Source of the DNA: Methanopyrus kandleri AV19
Lineage (GTDB): Archaea; JAADCQ01; Methanopyri; Methanopyrales; Methanopyraceae
Direction of reading: 5' to 3'
NCBI RefSeq assembly: GCF_000007185.1
Contig: NC_003551.1
Location: 900,001 to 932,000 of the forward strand
Length of the DNA stretch: 32,000 nucleotides
In this document: piece after piece, positions 1 to 8,720 of the stretch
Numbering within the stretch: position 1 is the stretch's first letter
How the letters are laid out: every line of letters begins with the position of its first letter
Made by a program: the position numbers and the translations under genes
The notes under the pieces: model-generated
Database searches by the model: none
The model's input: only the letters and a program-made list of their open reading frames with translations
What the model was told of the DNA's origin: nothing

Positions 1-397
1 TCCGAGTCAGCCGTCGGTGGAACCTCGCGGCCAGCTCCCCTAACTTCACCAAGGATTCCACCTCCCATCCCTCGTCGATCCCCACCGGGGCCAGCAGCAC
101 CCGTCGACCCTCCGCTTCGAGCACCGTCGACCGGCCCGTGAACGGTAGGTCCAGTGCGTCGACAAGCTCCCGTACACACCGTCCCGATACCGCCCCCCGC
201 ACCGCCGCGTCCAACCTACCCTCGACGAGGTCCTCCACCAACGCCCGCCCCGGGTCCTTCGCGCGTACTTCCTCCACATCCGCGTCGAGCTCGACGTTGT
301 GGTACACCACGACGTCCACGTCCGCGCGTTCCACGGCTTCCAGCACGCGCTCCGCGGCACCAGGCACGTCGCCGGACAGCGCTATCCCGACCCTCAT
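1..397 (-). CDS. mtxX: MtxX / methanogenesis marker protein 4-like (phosphotransacetylase-like), C-terminus beyond window edge
   Basis: Hand translation of the minus strand from ATG at 397 gives MRVGIALSGDVPGAAERVLEAVERADVDVVVYHN...EGRLDAAVRGAVSGRCVRELVDALDLPFTGRSTVLEAEGRRVLLAPVGIDEGWEVESLVKLGELAARFHRRLTR, open to the window edge. DAAVRG and LAPVGIDEG resemble the MtxX family. Confidence 0.7.
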   Translation of the reverse strand, partial: MRVGIALSGDVPGAAERVLEAVERADVDVVVYHNVELDADVEEVRAKDPGRALVEDLVEGRLDAAVRGAVSGRCVRELVDALDLPFTGRSTVLEAEGRRVLLAPVGIDEGWEVESLVKLGELAARFHRRLTR

Positions 398-992
398 ACG
401 GACACCCCCGGCGACCTCCACCCCTCCCGGAGAACTTACCGTCCACGGTCCGACAGCGACCGGCTCGGGCACGCGACCGCGCTCCCTGATGACCGTCCGG
501 GGCGCCCCTCCGACGCGTGGCTGAACGTCACACGTCTCCGTGCGTCACGACGGCATCGCTATTAACCGGCGGGCCCACCCGGGACCTCCCGGGAGGGTGA
601 GGAGAGACGGCCCTGGCCGACGTCGATGAGGAGGCTCGGGCAATTCCGACGGCCTCGCCCTCTCGGATTCCCTCGAGAGGCGACGGTCGGTAGTACCACT
701 TACGTACGGCTTCCGCACGGTCGTCGAAGGACCGTATGGTGGTCTACGTATTACCATCCGGCTATCGTCGTATAGTGGGTGCGATCTACCACTACGGTCT
801 ACGTACGGCTCGCATACCGTCGGCGCATCGTCGTCCGACGGTTACGGGACGGTTGGGTCGGTGAAGGGCATCGCAGCGACCGCCCTGCCGACCGTCCGAA
901 ACGCCACGTGTTTGGCGGAAAAGGAACCTGTTTCTGAAATCTATTCGCGTTGGAGCCGGTGTAGTCCCAGGATTGGCGGTACGATGAGTTCT

Positions 993-1520
993 TCAGAGGA
1001 TCTCCCAGCGTCGGTCGAACGCGTTCCACTGGAGATGAACGCGACGTCTTCGGGCTTTCCGGATGATCCGCTCGGTTTCTTCGGGCCCCTCGGTCTCGGC
1101 CGCGGTGGCCGCACCGTGGACCGCCCAACCGTCGCCGAACAGGGAACCGTCGGGAAGCGGTGTCGCACGGTACCGGGTTGCGAGACTCCAGAGTCGACCG
1201 AATGGATAGCGATCGGGTGGGTTACGAGCCACGACGGTGGGAATGCCCTCGGGACCGGTCAGCTCGAGGCCGAGCTCGACGGCCTTCATCACGGTCTCCG
1301 GCTCCACGTCGACGAGTAGCACGGCGGCTAGGAGCAGGCGGTGTCGGTACACCAGCATAGCGTGCGGTCGGAGGTCGAGGGTGAGACGGCGCTGGAGGAA
1401 GCGATCGAGGAACGTCGCCGCTACCCTTCGAGCTTCCGGCGGCGGTTCCCCCTCGATCCTGTCCCTCCAAACCCGGGAATCACGCCGCAGCAGGATTCGA
1501 AACAGGAGGGCTCCCCCCAC
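993..1520 (-). CDS. hypothetical protein; true start may be internal (MLVYRHRLLLAAVLL...)
   Basis: Open frame with acidic/aliphatic segments (VDVEPETVMKAVELGLELTGPEGIPTVVARNPPDRYPFG) more protein-like than the overlapping + ORF 861..1319. No family recognised. Confidence 0.5.
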   Translation of the reverse strand: MGGALLFRILLRRDSRVWRDRIEGEPPPEARRVAATFLDRFLQRRLTLDLRPHAMLVYRHRLLLAAVLLVDVEPETVMKAVELGLELTGPEGIPTVVARNPPDRYPFGRLWSLATRYRATPLPDGSLFGDGWAVHGAATAAETEGPEETERIIRKARRRRVHLQWNAFDRRWEIL

Positions 1521-1528
1521 GGAGCGGT

Positions 1529-1544
1529 GGACGTTTTAACGTCC
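1529..1544. promoter_or_regulatory. inverted repeat GGACGTT-TT-AACGTCC between the divergent 993..1520 ORF and argG
   Basis: Perfect 7-bp arms around a 2-bp centre, ~20-30 bp upstream of the argG start. Confidence 0.4.
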
Positions 1545-1564
1545 GAGGTCACGGGGCGCCGGGG

Positions 1565-2758
1565 GTGCGTGCGATGTCGCGGGTGGTTCTCGCGTATTCA
1601 GGAGGCTTGGATACCTCGGTTTGCATCGAGCTCCTGCGGGAGCGGTACGGGTACGACGAGGTGATCACGGTGACCGCGGACGTGGGTCAGCCGGAGGAGG
1701 AGCTGCGGGAGGCGGAGGAGAAGGCACGGAAGCTCGCGGATGAGCACTTCACGGTCGACTGTGTGGACGAGTTCGTGTGTGAGTACTGCTGGCGAGCCGT
1801 GAAGGCGAACGCGACGTACGAGGGGTACCCTCTGAGCACGGCGCTGGCCCGACCGCTGATCGCGCAGAAGGTCCTGGAAGTGGCGCGTGATGTGGACGCG
1901 GACGCGGTCGCACACGGGTGCACGGGGAAGGGCAACGACCAGTTCCGGTTCGAGTCGTATTTGCGGGCGCACGGCGGTGAGGAGTTCGAGATCGTGGCTC
2001 CGGTTCGGGACCTGAACCTCACGCGCGACGAGGAGATCGCGTACGCCGAGGAGCGGGGTATCCCCGTCCCGGTGGACGTCGACAGTCCCTACAGCGTGGA
2101 CGAGAACCTATGGGGTCGATCGATCGAGGGCGGCGTCCTGGAGGACCCCTCCGAGGAACCGCCGGAGGAGGTCTTCGAGTGGACCGTCAGTCCCGCGGAG
2201 GCCCCGGACGAGCCCGAGGTCGTGGAGATCGAGTTCGAGGACGGCGTGCCCGTGGAGGTGGACGGGCGGGACGACCCGGTCGAGATCGTCCGGTACCTGA
2301 ACGAGACCGCGGGCGAGCACGGCGTGGGTCGCATCGATATCATCGAGGACCGGGTGATCGGGCTGAAGTCACGCGAGGTGTACGAGGCACCGGCGGCGGT
2401 GACGCTGCTCGAGGCGCACCGGGCGCTGGAGGCGTTCACCCTGACACGCCGGGAGCTGTCGCTGAAGGCCTCGCTGGAGGAGGAGTGGGCGCGACTCGTC
2501 TACGACGGGCTGTGGTTCAACCCCCTGCGCGAGCACCTGGAGGCCTTCTTCGACTCGACGCAGCGGCACGTGGAGGGGACCGTGCGCGTGAAGCTGTTCA
2601 AGGGCTCCGCGACCGTGATCTCACGGGAGTCCCCGCGAGCGCTCTACGAGGAGGAGTTGATATCGTACGAAGAAAAGCAGTTCGATCAGCGGACGGCCGA
2701 AGGAGCCGTGAAGCTTCACGGACTCCAGGAACGGTTGGCTTTAAGGCGTCGTGGGTGA
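1565..2758 (+). CDS. argG: Argininosuccinate synthase (GTG at 1565 or ATG at 1574)
   Basis: MSRVVLAYSGGLDTSVCIELL, TADVGQPEEELREAEEKA, ACTGKGNDQFRFE; ~395 aa full length. Confidence 0.97.
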   Translation: MRAMSRVVLAYSGGLDTSVCIELLRERYGYDEVITVTADVGQPEEELREAEEKARKLADEHFTVDCVDEFVCEYCWRAVKANATYEGYPLSTALARPLIAQKVLEVARDVDADAVAHGCTGKGNDQFRFESYLRAHGGEEFEIVAPVRDLNLTRDEEIAYAEERGIPVPVDVDSPYSVDENLWGRSIEGGVLEDPSEEPPEEVFEWTVSPAEAPDEPEVVEIEFEDGVPVEVDGRDDPVEIVRYLNETAGEHGVGRIDIIEDRVIGLKSREVYEAPAAVTLLEAHRALEAFTLTRRELSLKASLEEEWARLVYDGLWFNPLREHLEAFFDSTQRHVEGTVRVKLFKGSATVISRESPRALYEEELISYEEKQFDQRTAEGAVKLHGLQERLALRRRG

Positions 2759-2831
2759 GGCTCGGCGCGCTCCGTTCCGGTCATCCCCGCGGTCCCCGAT
2801 GCCGCCTTCCTCATCCGAACGTCACCCGGCG

Positions 2832-3947
2832 TTACAGGTGCTCCCGTATCCTGTCGTACAGCATCGCGCCCGTCGCGATGAACACCGTCGCGAACACCAC
2901 CAGGACGGCGATGTCGACGGGGTCCAGGTAACCCAGGAGGGCCGCCTTCCTGGCGGCGTCCCCCATGTAGTACATCGGGTTCACCCGCGCGACCTCGTAG
3001 GCCCACTCCGGCATGACGCTGGGTGGCATGAAGATCCCCGACAGGAACATCATCGGGGTCGTCAGCGCCCCGGTGAGCATCTCGGCGACTTCCGACCGAC
3101 CCGCCAGCGACGCCATCAGCAGGGCGAACCCGATCATGGTGGCGGTGGACAGGATCCCCACACCCAGCAGGAGGAACGGGTGCGGCACCTTCGCGCCCAG
3201 GGCGAGCGCCGTCACCAGCACGATCCCGCAGCGGACGGCCCCCCAGAGGCTCATGTTGAGGAACCTGCCTATCACGACGTCCCTGGGCCTTATCGGGGCG
3301 GCGAACAGCGCGTAGGTGACGCCGGTCTCTATCTCCTCCATCATGACGCGACCCATGCCGAAGATCGACCCCATGGTGGCCGTCAGCACCACCAGTCCCG
3401 GCACCAGGAAGTCGAAGTACTTGAGCCCCTTCACCGGCGCCTCGAAGTCGAACGGGTTCCCGGGCACTCTCGAGATCGGCGGCTGGGGCGCCGGCATCCA
3501 GCGGAAGGCGGCCTGGAGGTCGCGCACGACCTTCTTCATCTCCTCCGAGACGCGCTTGACCCAGGCGCGCTGGATGACGCCCCGCACGTAGTTCGATCCC
3601 ATGGGGTCCGAGGGGTCGTAGTACACGGTGGCCTTATCCGACGGGAACCCCTTCGGAACGTACACGAAGACGACGGCCCTGCCCTCCTTGACCATCGTCT
3701 TACCCTCGTCGACGCTCCGGACGTGGACGACGCCCACCCGGTCGTCGGACTTCAGGGCGTCGAGGACGGGGTCGAAATCGGAGCTGTGGCTCAGGACGGC
3801 TACGGTCACATGCCTGGGCTTGACGTCGTGGAACGCGCCGTACATCACCAGGATCGTGATCACGGGCATGATCAGAGTGGGCGCGAGCCTCCTGCGGTCC
3901 TTGAGCCAGGCCCTCAGATCGCGGACGGCTATCACTCGCCAGGACAA
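2832..3947 (-). CDS. ABC-2 type transporter permease
   Basis: N-terminal TM helix (LAPTLIMPVITILVMYGAF), large extracytoplasmic domain, then multiple TM helices ending ATVFIATGAMLYDRIREHL; overlaps the ATPase gene. Confidence 0.88.
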   Translation of the reverse strand: MSWRVIAVRDLRAWLKDRRRLAPTLIMPVITILVMYGAFHDVKPRHVTVAVLSHSSDFDPVLDALKSDDRVGVVHVRSVDEGKTMVKEGRAVVFVYVPKGFPSDKATVYYDPSDPMGSNYVRGVIQRAWVKRVSEEMKKVVRDLQAAFRWMPAPQPPISRVPGNPFDFEAPVKGLKYFDFLVPGLVVLTATMGSIFGMGRVMMEEIETGVTYALFAAPIRPRDVVIGRFLNMSLWGAVRCGIVLVTALALGAKVPHPFLLLGVGILSTATMIGFALLMASLAGRSEVAEMLTGALTTPMMFLSGIFMPPSVMPEWAYEVARVNPMYYMGDAARKAALLGYLDPVDIAVLVVFATVFIATGAMLYDRIREHL

Positions 3948-4669
3948 GAGGCGACCCCCTCGTAAGCCTCGAGCACGGAACCGTGACGCTCCATCACCTC
4001 GTCGAAGGGCTCGTCGAGCTCCTTGCGACCTTCGAGGAAGATCAGCACCCGGTCGGGTCTCAGCTGCTCGACCTCGTAGACGTCGTGGGAGACGTACAGT
4101 ACGGTGGTCCCGCGGCGGTGGAACTCCTTCGTCACCCGTATCACGTCCCTACGCGCCATGGGATCGAGCTCGTTCGTGGGTTCGTCCAGGACGAGCACCT
4201 CCGGCTCCAGAGCGAGGGTGATGGCGATCGCGGCGCGCTTCCGCATACCGCCGGAGAGCTGCCCCGCCTTCCTGTCCATGAACCGATCCACCTCGAGCAT
4301 CTCCAGGGGCTCGGGGTCCGGCTCCCGACCGTACAGCTTGGAGTAGAACCGGAGGTTCTCCCGGACGGTCTGCTCGGGGTACAGACCGCCCTGCTGCGGG
4401 ACGATACCGACCCTGCGCTTGATCTCGGGGTCGGCCGGATCGCCCCCCAGCACCTCGATGCGGCCCGAGGTGGGACGCGTGACACCGCAGACGATCTTGA
4501 TGAACGTGGACTTACCGGCGCCGTTGGGCCCCAGGATGGCCACCAACTCCCCCGCCTCTATCTCCACGGACACGTCGCGCAGCGCCACGACCTCGCCGTA
4601 CTCCTTCCTGAGGTCCTCCGCGACGATGGCGGGCGGCATCCTAGATACCCCCGAACCGGCGCCGGTCAT
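3932..4669 (-). CDS. ABC transporter ATP-binding protein (ABC-2/drug-exporter type)
   Basis: Walker A GPNGAGKST, Q-loop GIVPQQG, signature LSGGMRKR, Walker B VLVLDEPTNELD, H-loop YVSHD. Confidence 0.95.
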   Translation of the reverse strand: MTGAGSGVSRMPPAIVAEDLRKEYGEVVALRDVSVEIEAGELVAILGPNGAGKSTFIKIVCGVTRPTSGRIEVLGGDPADPEIKRRVGIVPQQGGLYPEQTVRENLRFYSKLYGREPDPEPLEMLEVDRFMDRKAGQLSGGMRKRAAIAITLALEPEVLVLDEPTNELDPMARRDVIRVTKEFHRRGTTVLYVSHDVYEVEQLRPDRVLIFLEGRKELDEPFDEVMERHGSVLEAYEGVASCPGE

Positions 4670-4796
4670 TCCTTCAGGAAGGTTTCACACCCTTCACGCC
4701 GAGGGAACCGGAGGGTAGCGATGGGGTCACCTCGACGTAGACCGAGGCCGTAAATGCTCACACATCCCACGGCGATATGTCGGGTTTTAGGGCGCG

Positions 4797-5510
4797 CTAC
4801 GTCCCGTGCCTCAGCCTCCAGTGTTCGAGTTCTAACCCCACGTCGGGGATCTCGTACCTCCCGTCGAGGGACCTCTTTCTAGAACGGATCACCTTGCGGA
4901 GGTGGATCGAGTAGTGGGCGGGCCATCCCCCGAGGGTCCTGATCAAGAACGACTCGAGTCGATCGGGGAGTTCCTCGAGTAGATCCCGGATTCTTGGTGA
5001 CTCGGAGGGTCTCGCGTTGAAGGCGAGGCTCAGTCCGCGGGCGAGCACCCTTCGAGCCCGTTTGTATGGCAAGTCCGAGACTTCGGCGAGTAGTGTCTTG
5101 AGGACCGAGCGGAGGTTCCTCATGAGGTGTCGCGCGAGCTCGAGGACCTCTCCCCGATCCAGTGAGACCAACCACTCGACGAACCGGACGCTCTCGTTCT
5201 CGGGCTTACCCAGGTAGAGCGTGCGCCCGTGCTTGAACCGCGAGTCCCTCCGCCAGCGGGCCACGTAGTACGGGCCGCACGTGCTCCCGCCCATCGTCCG
5301 GTACGTGACCTCGAGACTGGGCTTCTTCCCACGACGGTAAGCCTCTCGGAGTACTCGGAGTGCCCGGATCCTTTCCACGGGGTCCGAGGGTATCGGGACG
5401 TGAGCGTGCGACGTGATCAACCCCGGTACGTAATCCCCCGATGTGCCTCCGAGTTGTATGGAGGCAGGGGTGAAGCGGCACCTCAGGATATAAGTCTTGT
5501 CGTCTCCCAC
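4797..5510 (-). CDS. hypothetical protein with a small GPYY...LYLGK motif
   Basis: 237-aa ORF; segment EVTYRTMGGSTCGPYYVARWRRDSRFKHGRTLYLGK resembles small basic domains often seen in mobile-element-associated proteins (weak). Confidence 0.7.
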   Translation of the reverse strand: MGDDKTYILRCRFTPASIQLGGTSGDYVPGLITSHAHVPIPSDPVERIRALRVLREAYRRGKKPSLEVTYRTMGGSTCGPYYVARWRRDSRFKHGRTLYLGKPENESVRFVEWLVSLDRGEVLELARHLMRNLRSVLKTLLAEVSDLPYKRARRVLARGLSLAFNARPSESPRIRDLLEELPDRLESFLIRTLGGWPAHYSIHLRKVIRSRKRSLDGRYEIPDVGLELEHWRLRHGT

Positions 5511-5740
5511 GGAGGTTCCCGACTTCTGCCATACAACTTTACTCGCTCGGGAAAGCGACCGGTCGCGGCGGGGCGGTTTAGAACCCCCTCGGAAAAATTA
5601 CTGCGGGAAACGGTCCGGCAAGCGTCTCCCCCCTACGCGGACGGGAGCTCCACTCCACTTCGTTATAATTGATTTAAACTAGTCAGGAATCTCGACACCG
5701 GACTTTCTGTAAGGAAAATAGCACTTCGGGGGAAGAGTAA

Positions 5741-6190
5741 TTGAAAGCTCAAATACCGAAATTTTACGCCTTATGTTACCCACTAATGTATTCGATTTCG
5801 GGCTTTATTATAGCTACACTTACCGCCTTAAATGTGGCGATTCCGAGAGTCTTCTGGAGTATACTTTTAAGCTTATATGTGATATCACACGTCGGTATCG
5901 TTACGATAATAATCCTTATATCCAAGCTGATATCACCCAGTAGAAAGCGTAAGTTTTACAGAACACTGGCCTTTGTATATGCTGTACTGGGCTTCATTCC
6001 ACCCTTCGCCTGGCTCCTCGGCGGGTTCGCCTGCCACCGGATTAACCTGGATCTCCGCGAGCGAGGTTGCGCATCGGAGCGACACACGCCCAGGTACGCC
6101 GTACTGACGATCTTGACCCTCGGACTCTACCAGTCCTACTGGTGGTACGTAACCACCGAGGACGTCAACCGCTGCCTCCGACGCGAGTAA
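5741..6190 (+). CDS. small multi-TM membrane protein, DUF4234-like C-terminal segment
   Basis: Four hydrophobic helices; AVLTILTLGLYQSYWWYVTTEDVNRCL resembles DUF4234 (TLGIYxxYWxYxxxxxxN). AT-rich codons. Confidence 0.7.
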   Translation: MKAQIPKFYALCYPLMYSISGFIIATLTALNVAIPRVFWSILLSLYVISHVGIVTIIILISKLISPSRKRKFYRTLAFVYAVLGFIPPFAWLLGGFACHRINLDLRERGCASERHTPRYAVLTILTLGLYQSYWWYVTTEDVNRCLRRE

Positions 6191-6683
6191 GATGTTGGCT
6201 CGGTCGCGCCGACTCTTTCCCCGGACGATGGACCGTCGGGAGATCGTGGATAAGGCCTATCGCTGTTCCATACAATAGAAACTTCGGACACAGTTGCGGA
6301 GGGTCGACGTGGACTGTCGTCGAGTCACCGGCTTCGAGTTCTACTCGTCGATGAGCTCACACCGCGTCTTCCAGTTTCGTTCCCTTACTGAGAAGGTCGC
6401 GCTCCCACGACCTCACGTCCGATACACGTTCCGCCCCGGGACACGTCCCGTACGGGGGAGTGTCACCCGCCTCGATGAGCGTCGGTCGGACGGAACACGT
6501 ACCCCCGGTTTCCACGATCCACCCGTTCGGTCGTACTGTCTACCGCGGGCTGACATTCTCATTGTAACGTTAACGATTCGACCGTTACTTTTCATCGGAA
6601 GGGAAACTCTTTTTACCCTTCGAACGGTGGGGCGACGTGCGAACCACTCGGCGGCTAGCCCCCTTCCCACTGGGGGGAGGCAG

Positions 6684-8201
6684 GTGAGCCGTCGGGTGGT
6701 CACCATCCCGGCGCTGATCGTACTCTTCACGGTCTTGGGACCCGTCGCGGCCGGTCCCGTGAACCTGTCCCAGACCAGCGGTGGAGAGCGCGTTATCGTC
6801 GCCTTCAACCCCGATGACCCGAACGCGTGGTCCGCAGTCCATCGACACCCTGTAGGACTCGAGCGCGGACCCTGGGCCGGCAACTTCTACGACGCGCGCT
6901 GTTTCCCGAACGAGGTTACTACGCACGGTACCAAGTTCGTCTTCGAGAAATCCGGTGGGCTAGTGTACGGACTGAAGGTAGAACCCGGTGATTCGATCAC
7001 CCTACCCGAACCCGCGAGCGTGGTGTCCGTCGCGTACGCGGCCGTATGCTGGTGGGAAAACGGACAACCCTTCAAGCGCGTCACGCTGATAGTGGAAGAC
7101 TCACACGGTCGTCAAGCCACCACCAGTCTAACCCTCGCGGACTGGTGCGCCCGCGCGTTCTCACCACACGCCCCAGACCACAACTTCCTCGTTTGCGAGT
7201 TCGACCACCGGCTGAGCGTCGAGGAGCGGAAGATACGCTTCTTCATCATTCCCATAGGGATCACCTGGAAGTGGCGCGTTGCAGGTCTGAAGTGCGGCGT
7301 ATGGGCCTTCCGGTTGAGCGCGAGCGAGCTGGGCCTCCGTGACATCACGAGGATCGAGTTCCGATACGGAGATGGGCACCTGTACATCCTCGCAGTCACC
7401 ATCACCCCGACCGGACCGTTCGACGACATCGTGGGCGGGCCGAACTGCTCGGGTACCACGGTCGGCCCGGACGGCATGGACGAGGTGGGCTCGTGCTACT
7501 GGGAGGGTGAGTGGCCGGCGAGGTTCGGCCACACGACCGTGACCGCGAACGGCGTGCCCTTCCTGATCCCACCCGCGAGCGGCCCGAACGCGCTCCTGGC
7601 GAACGGGCGACTGGTCGAGCTCCCGCGACCTGCTCGCACGGTCTGGTTCCTCTACGCGGCCACGAACTGGTGGTTCGGGGATAAGCCGTACGGACCCGTG
7701 GACCTCGTCGTGGTGGACGATCGGGGTAGGACCGTCACCGCGCGCGTGCTCCTGGTGGACTGGTGTGCGCACGACGTAGTTCCCAACAACATCGAGGTCC
7801 TGGCGTTCAACCACCGCGCGATCCCAGGTGGCCTACAGTCCATACACTGTGGCGTGTGGGCGTTCGAGCTCGATGCGGGCCAGCTCGGTCTCCCGAACAT
7901 CAAGGCCGTGTACTTCCCGAGCATGGGGCGGCGGAAGGTCTGGATCCTCGGCGCCACCCTGGACGGTCAGCCCGTCGGTCTAGGGGAGCTCAGGCCCCAC
8001 AGGATCTCACACCCATGGTCCGGGTTCAAGAGGGGTGTCGTGTACCCGGGCGGCGAGACCCTGGACGGGACCTTCCTACTACCCTCGGAATGTAGAAAGG
8101 TACAGAGGACGCCGATCGAGGGCCTAGCGGACGGTAACGCCGAGCGGCCTCTCGAACTCGAGGACCGAGGACGGGAGCGTCATCTACGTACCCGTGGGTA
8201 A
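6684..8201 (+). CDS. secreted protein with two complete WW...DWC lectin/galactose-binding-like modules; probable 5' part of a split gene
   Basis: The track ORF starts at 6294, but GTG at 6684 follows GGGGGGAGG and starts a signal peptide (VSRRVVTIPALIVLFTVLGPVAAG). Module cores CWWENGQPF...DWCA and NWWFGDKPY...DWCA. Confidence 0.8.
   Translation: MSRRVVTIPALIVLFTVLGPVAAGPVNLSQTSGGERVIVAFNPDDPNAWSAVHRHPVGLERGPWAGNFYDARCFPNEVTTHGTKFVFEKSGGLVYGLKVEPGDSITLPEPASVVSVAYAAVCWWENGQPFKRVTLIVEDSHGRQATTSLTLADWCARAFSPHAPDHNFLVCEFDHRLSVEERKIRFFIIPIGITWKWRVAGLKCGVWAFRLSASELGLRDITRIEFRYGDGHLYILAVTITPTGPFDDIVGGPNCSGTTVGPDGMDEVGSCYWEGEWPARFGHTTVTANGVPFLIPPASGPNALLANGRLVELPRPARTVWFLYAATNWWFGDKPYGPVDLVVVDDRGRTVTARVLLVDWCAHDVVPNNIEVLAFNHRAIPGGLQSIHCGVWAFELDAGQLGLPNIKAVYFPSMGRRKVWILGATLDGQPVGLGELRPHRISHPWSGFKRGVVYPGGETLDGTFLLPSECRKVQRTPIEGLADGNAERPLELEDRGRERHLRTRG
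6912..7420 (+). repeat. protein-level module A (WW at 7050-7055, DWC at 7140-7148)
   Basis: HGTKFVFEK...SITLPEPASVVSVAYAAVCWWENGQ...LADWCA...CGVWAFRLSASELGLRDITRIEFRYGDGHLYILAVTITPTG. Confidence 0.75.
7530..7980 (+). repeat. protein-level module B (WW at 7668-7673, DWC at 7758-7766)
   Basis: ANGVPFLIPPASGPNALLANGRLVELPRPARTVWFLYAATNWWFGDK...LVDWCA...CGVWAFELDAGQLGLPNIKAVYFPSMGRRKVWILGATLDG; same 90-nt WW-to-DWC spacing as module A. Confidence 0.78.
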
Positions 8202-8720
8202 CGATATCGTCCCGATCGAGCTCCATACGCGCGCTTTCGACGCGGTTGGAACCCGAATAATCCTGCCCGAGGATAAGCACGTGACTGCCGTGTACGTCCT
8301 CTACGCGGCGACCTGCTGGTGGGACAAGGACGGCAACCCCGTGGACGCCGTTCCCATGACGGTGTGTTACGACGACGGCAGCGCGTACTCGACCTCGGTG
8401 GGAATCATCGACTGGTGCGCGACGGATCCCCGCGCGTACGACGACGAGAAGCGCAGGGTCGCCGCCGCCTGTGCCGTCCTACCCCAGCTCGAGGCCCACT
8501 GGGTGCGGGGAGAACCGCTGGTCTACCAAACACCCACCTTGGTCTTCCCCAAGCGCGTGTTCGCGGACGGGCGGGAGGAGCCGAACACGAAGCGTCCGAT
8601 CCTGTGGCTGCTCAAGCTCGTGTTCCCACCCGATAAACGACCGACCTGGATCGAGTTCGGGTATCACCCGGGTCACCTCTGGGTTCTAGCGATCACCGTG
8701 CGCACGACGGACGGGAAGTA
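8152..8720 (+). repeat. protein-level module C (WW at 8317-8322, DWC at 8410-8418)
   Basis: TEDGSVIYVPVGNDIVPI...GTRIILPEDKHVTAVYVLYAATCWWDKDG...YDDGSAYSTSVGIIDWCA...RPTWIEFGYHPGHLWVLAITVRTTDG; starts upstream of the annotated ORF start in the same frame. Confidence 0.72.

Noticed and set aside
1-397. Apparent frameshift in the mtxX-like gene
   Set aside because: Arose from my miscounting a C run; the actual CCGCCCCCCG at 191-200 keeps a single open frame (AAVRGAVSG).
2751-3965. 404-aa plus-strand ORF opposite the ABC permease
   Set aside because: Minus-strand frame encodes a coherent ABC-2 permease coupled to its ATPase.
6294-6683. N-terminal 130 residues of the track ORF 6294..8201
   Set aside because: Arg-rich and unlike protein; a signal peptide with SD begins at GTG 6684, so this is promoter/leader DNA.
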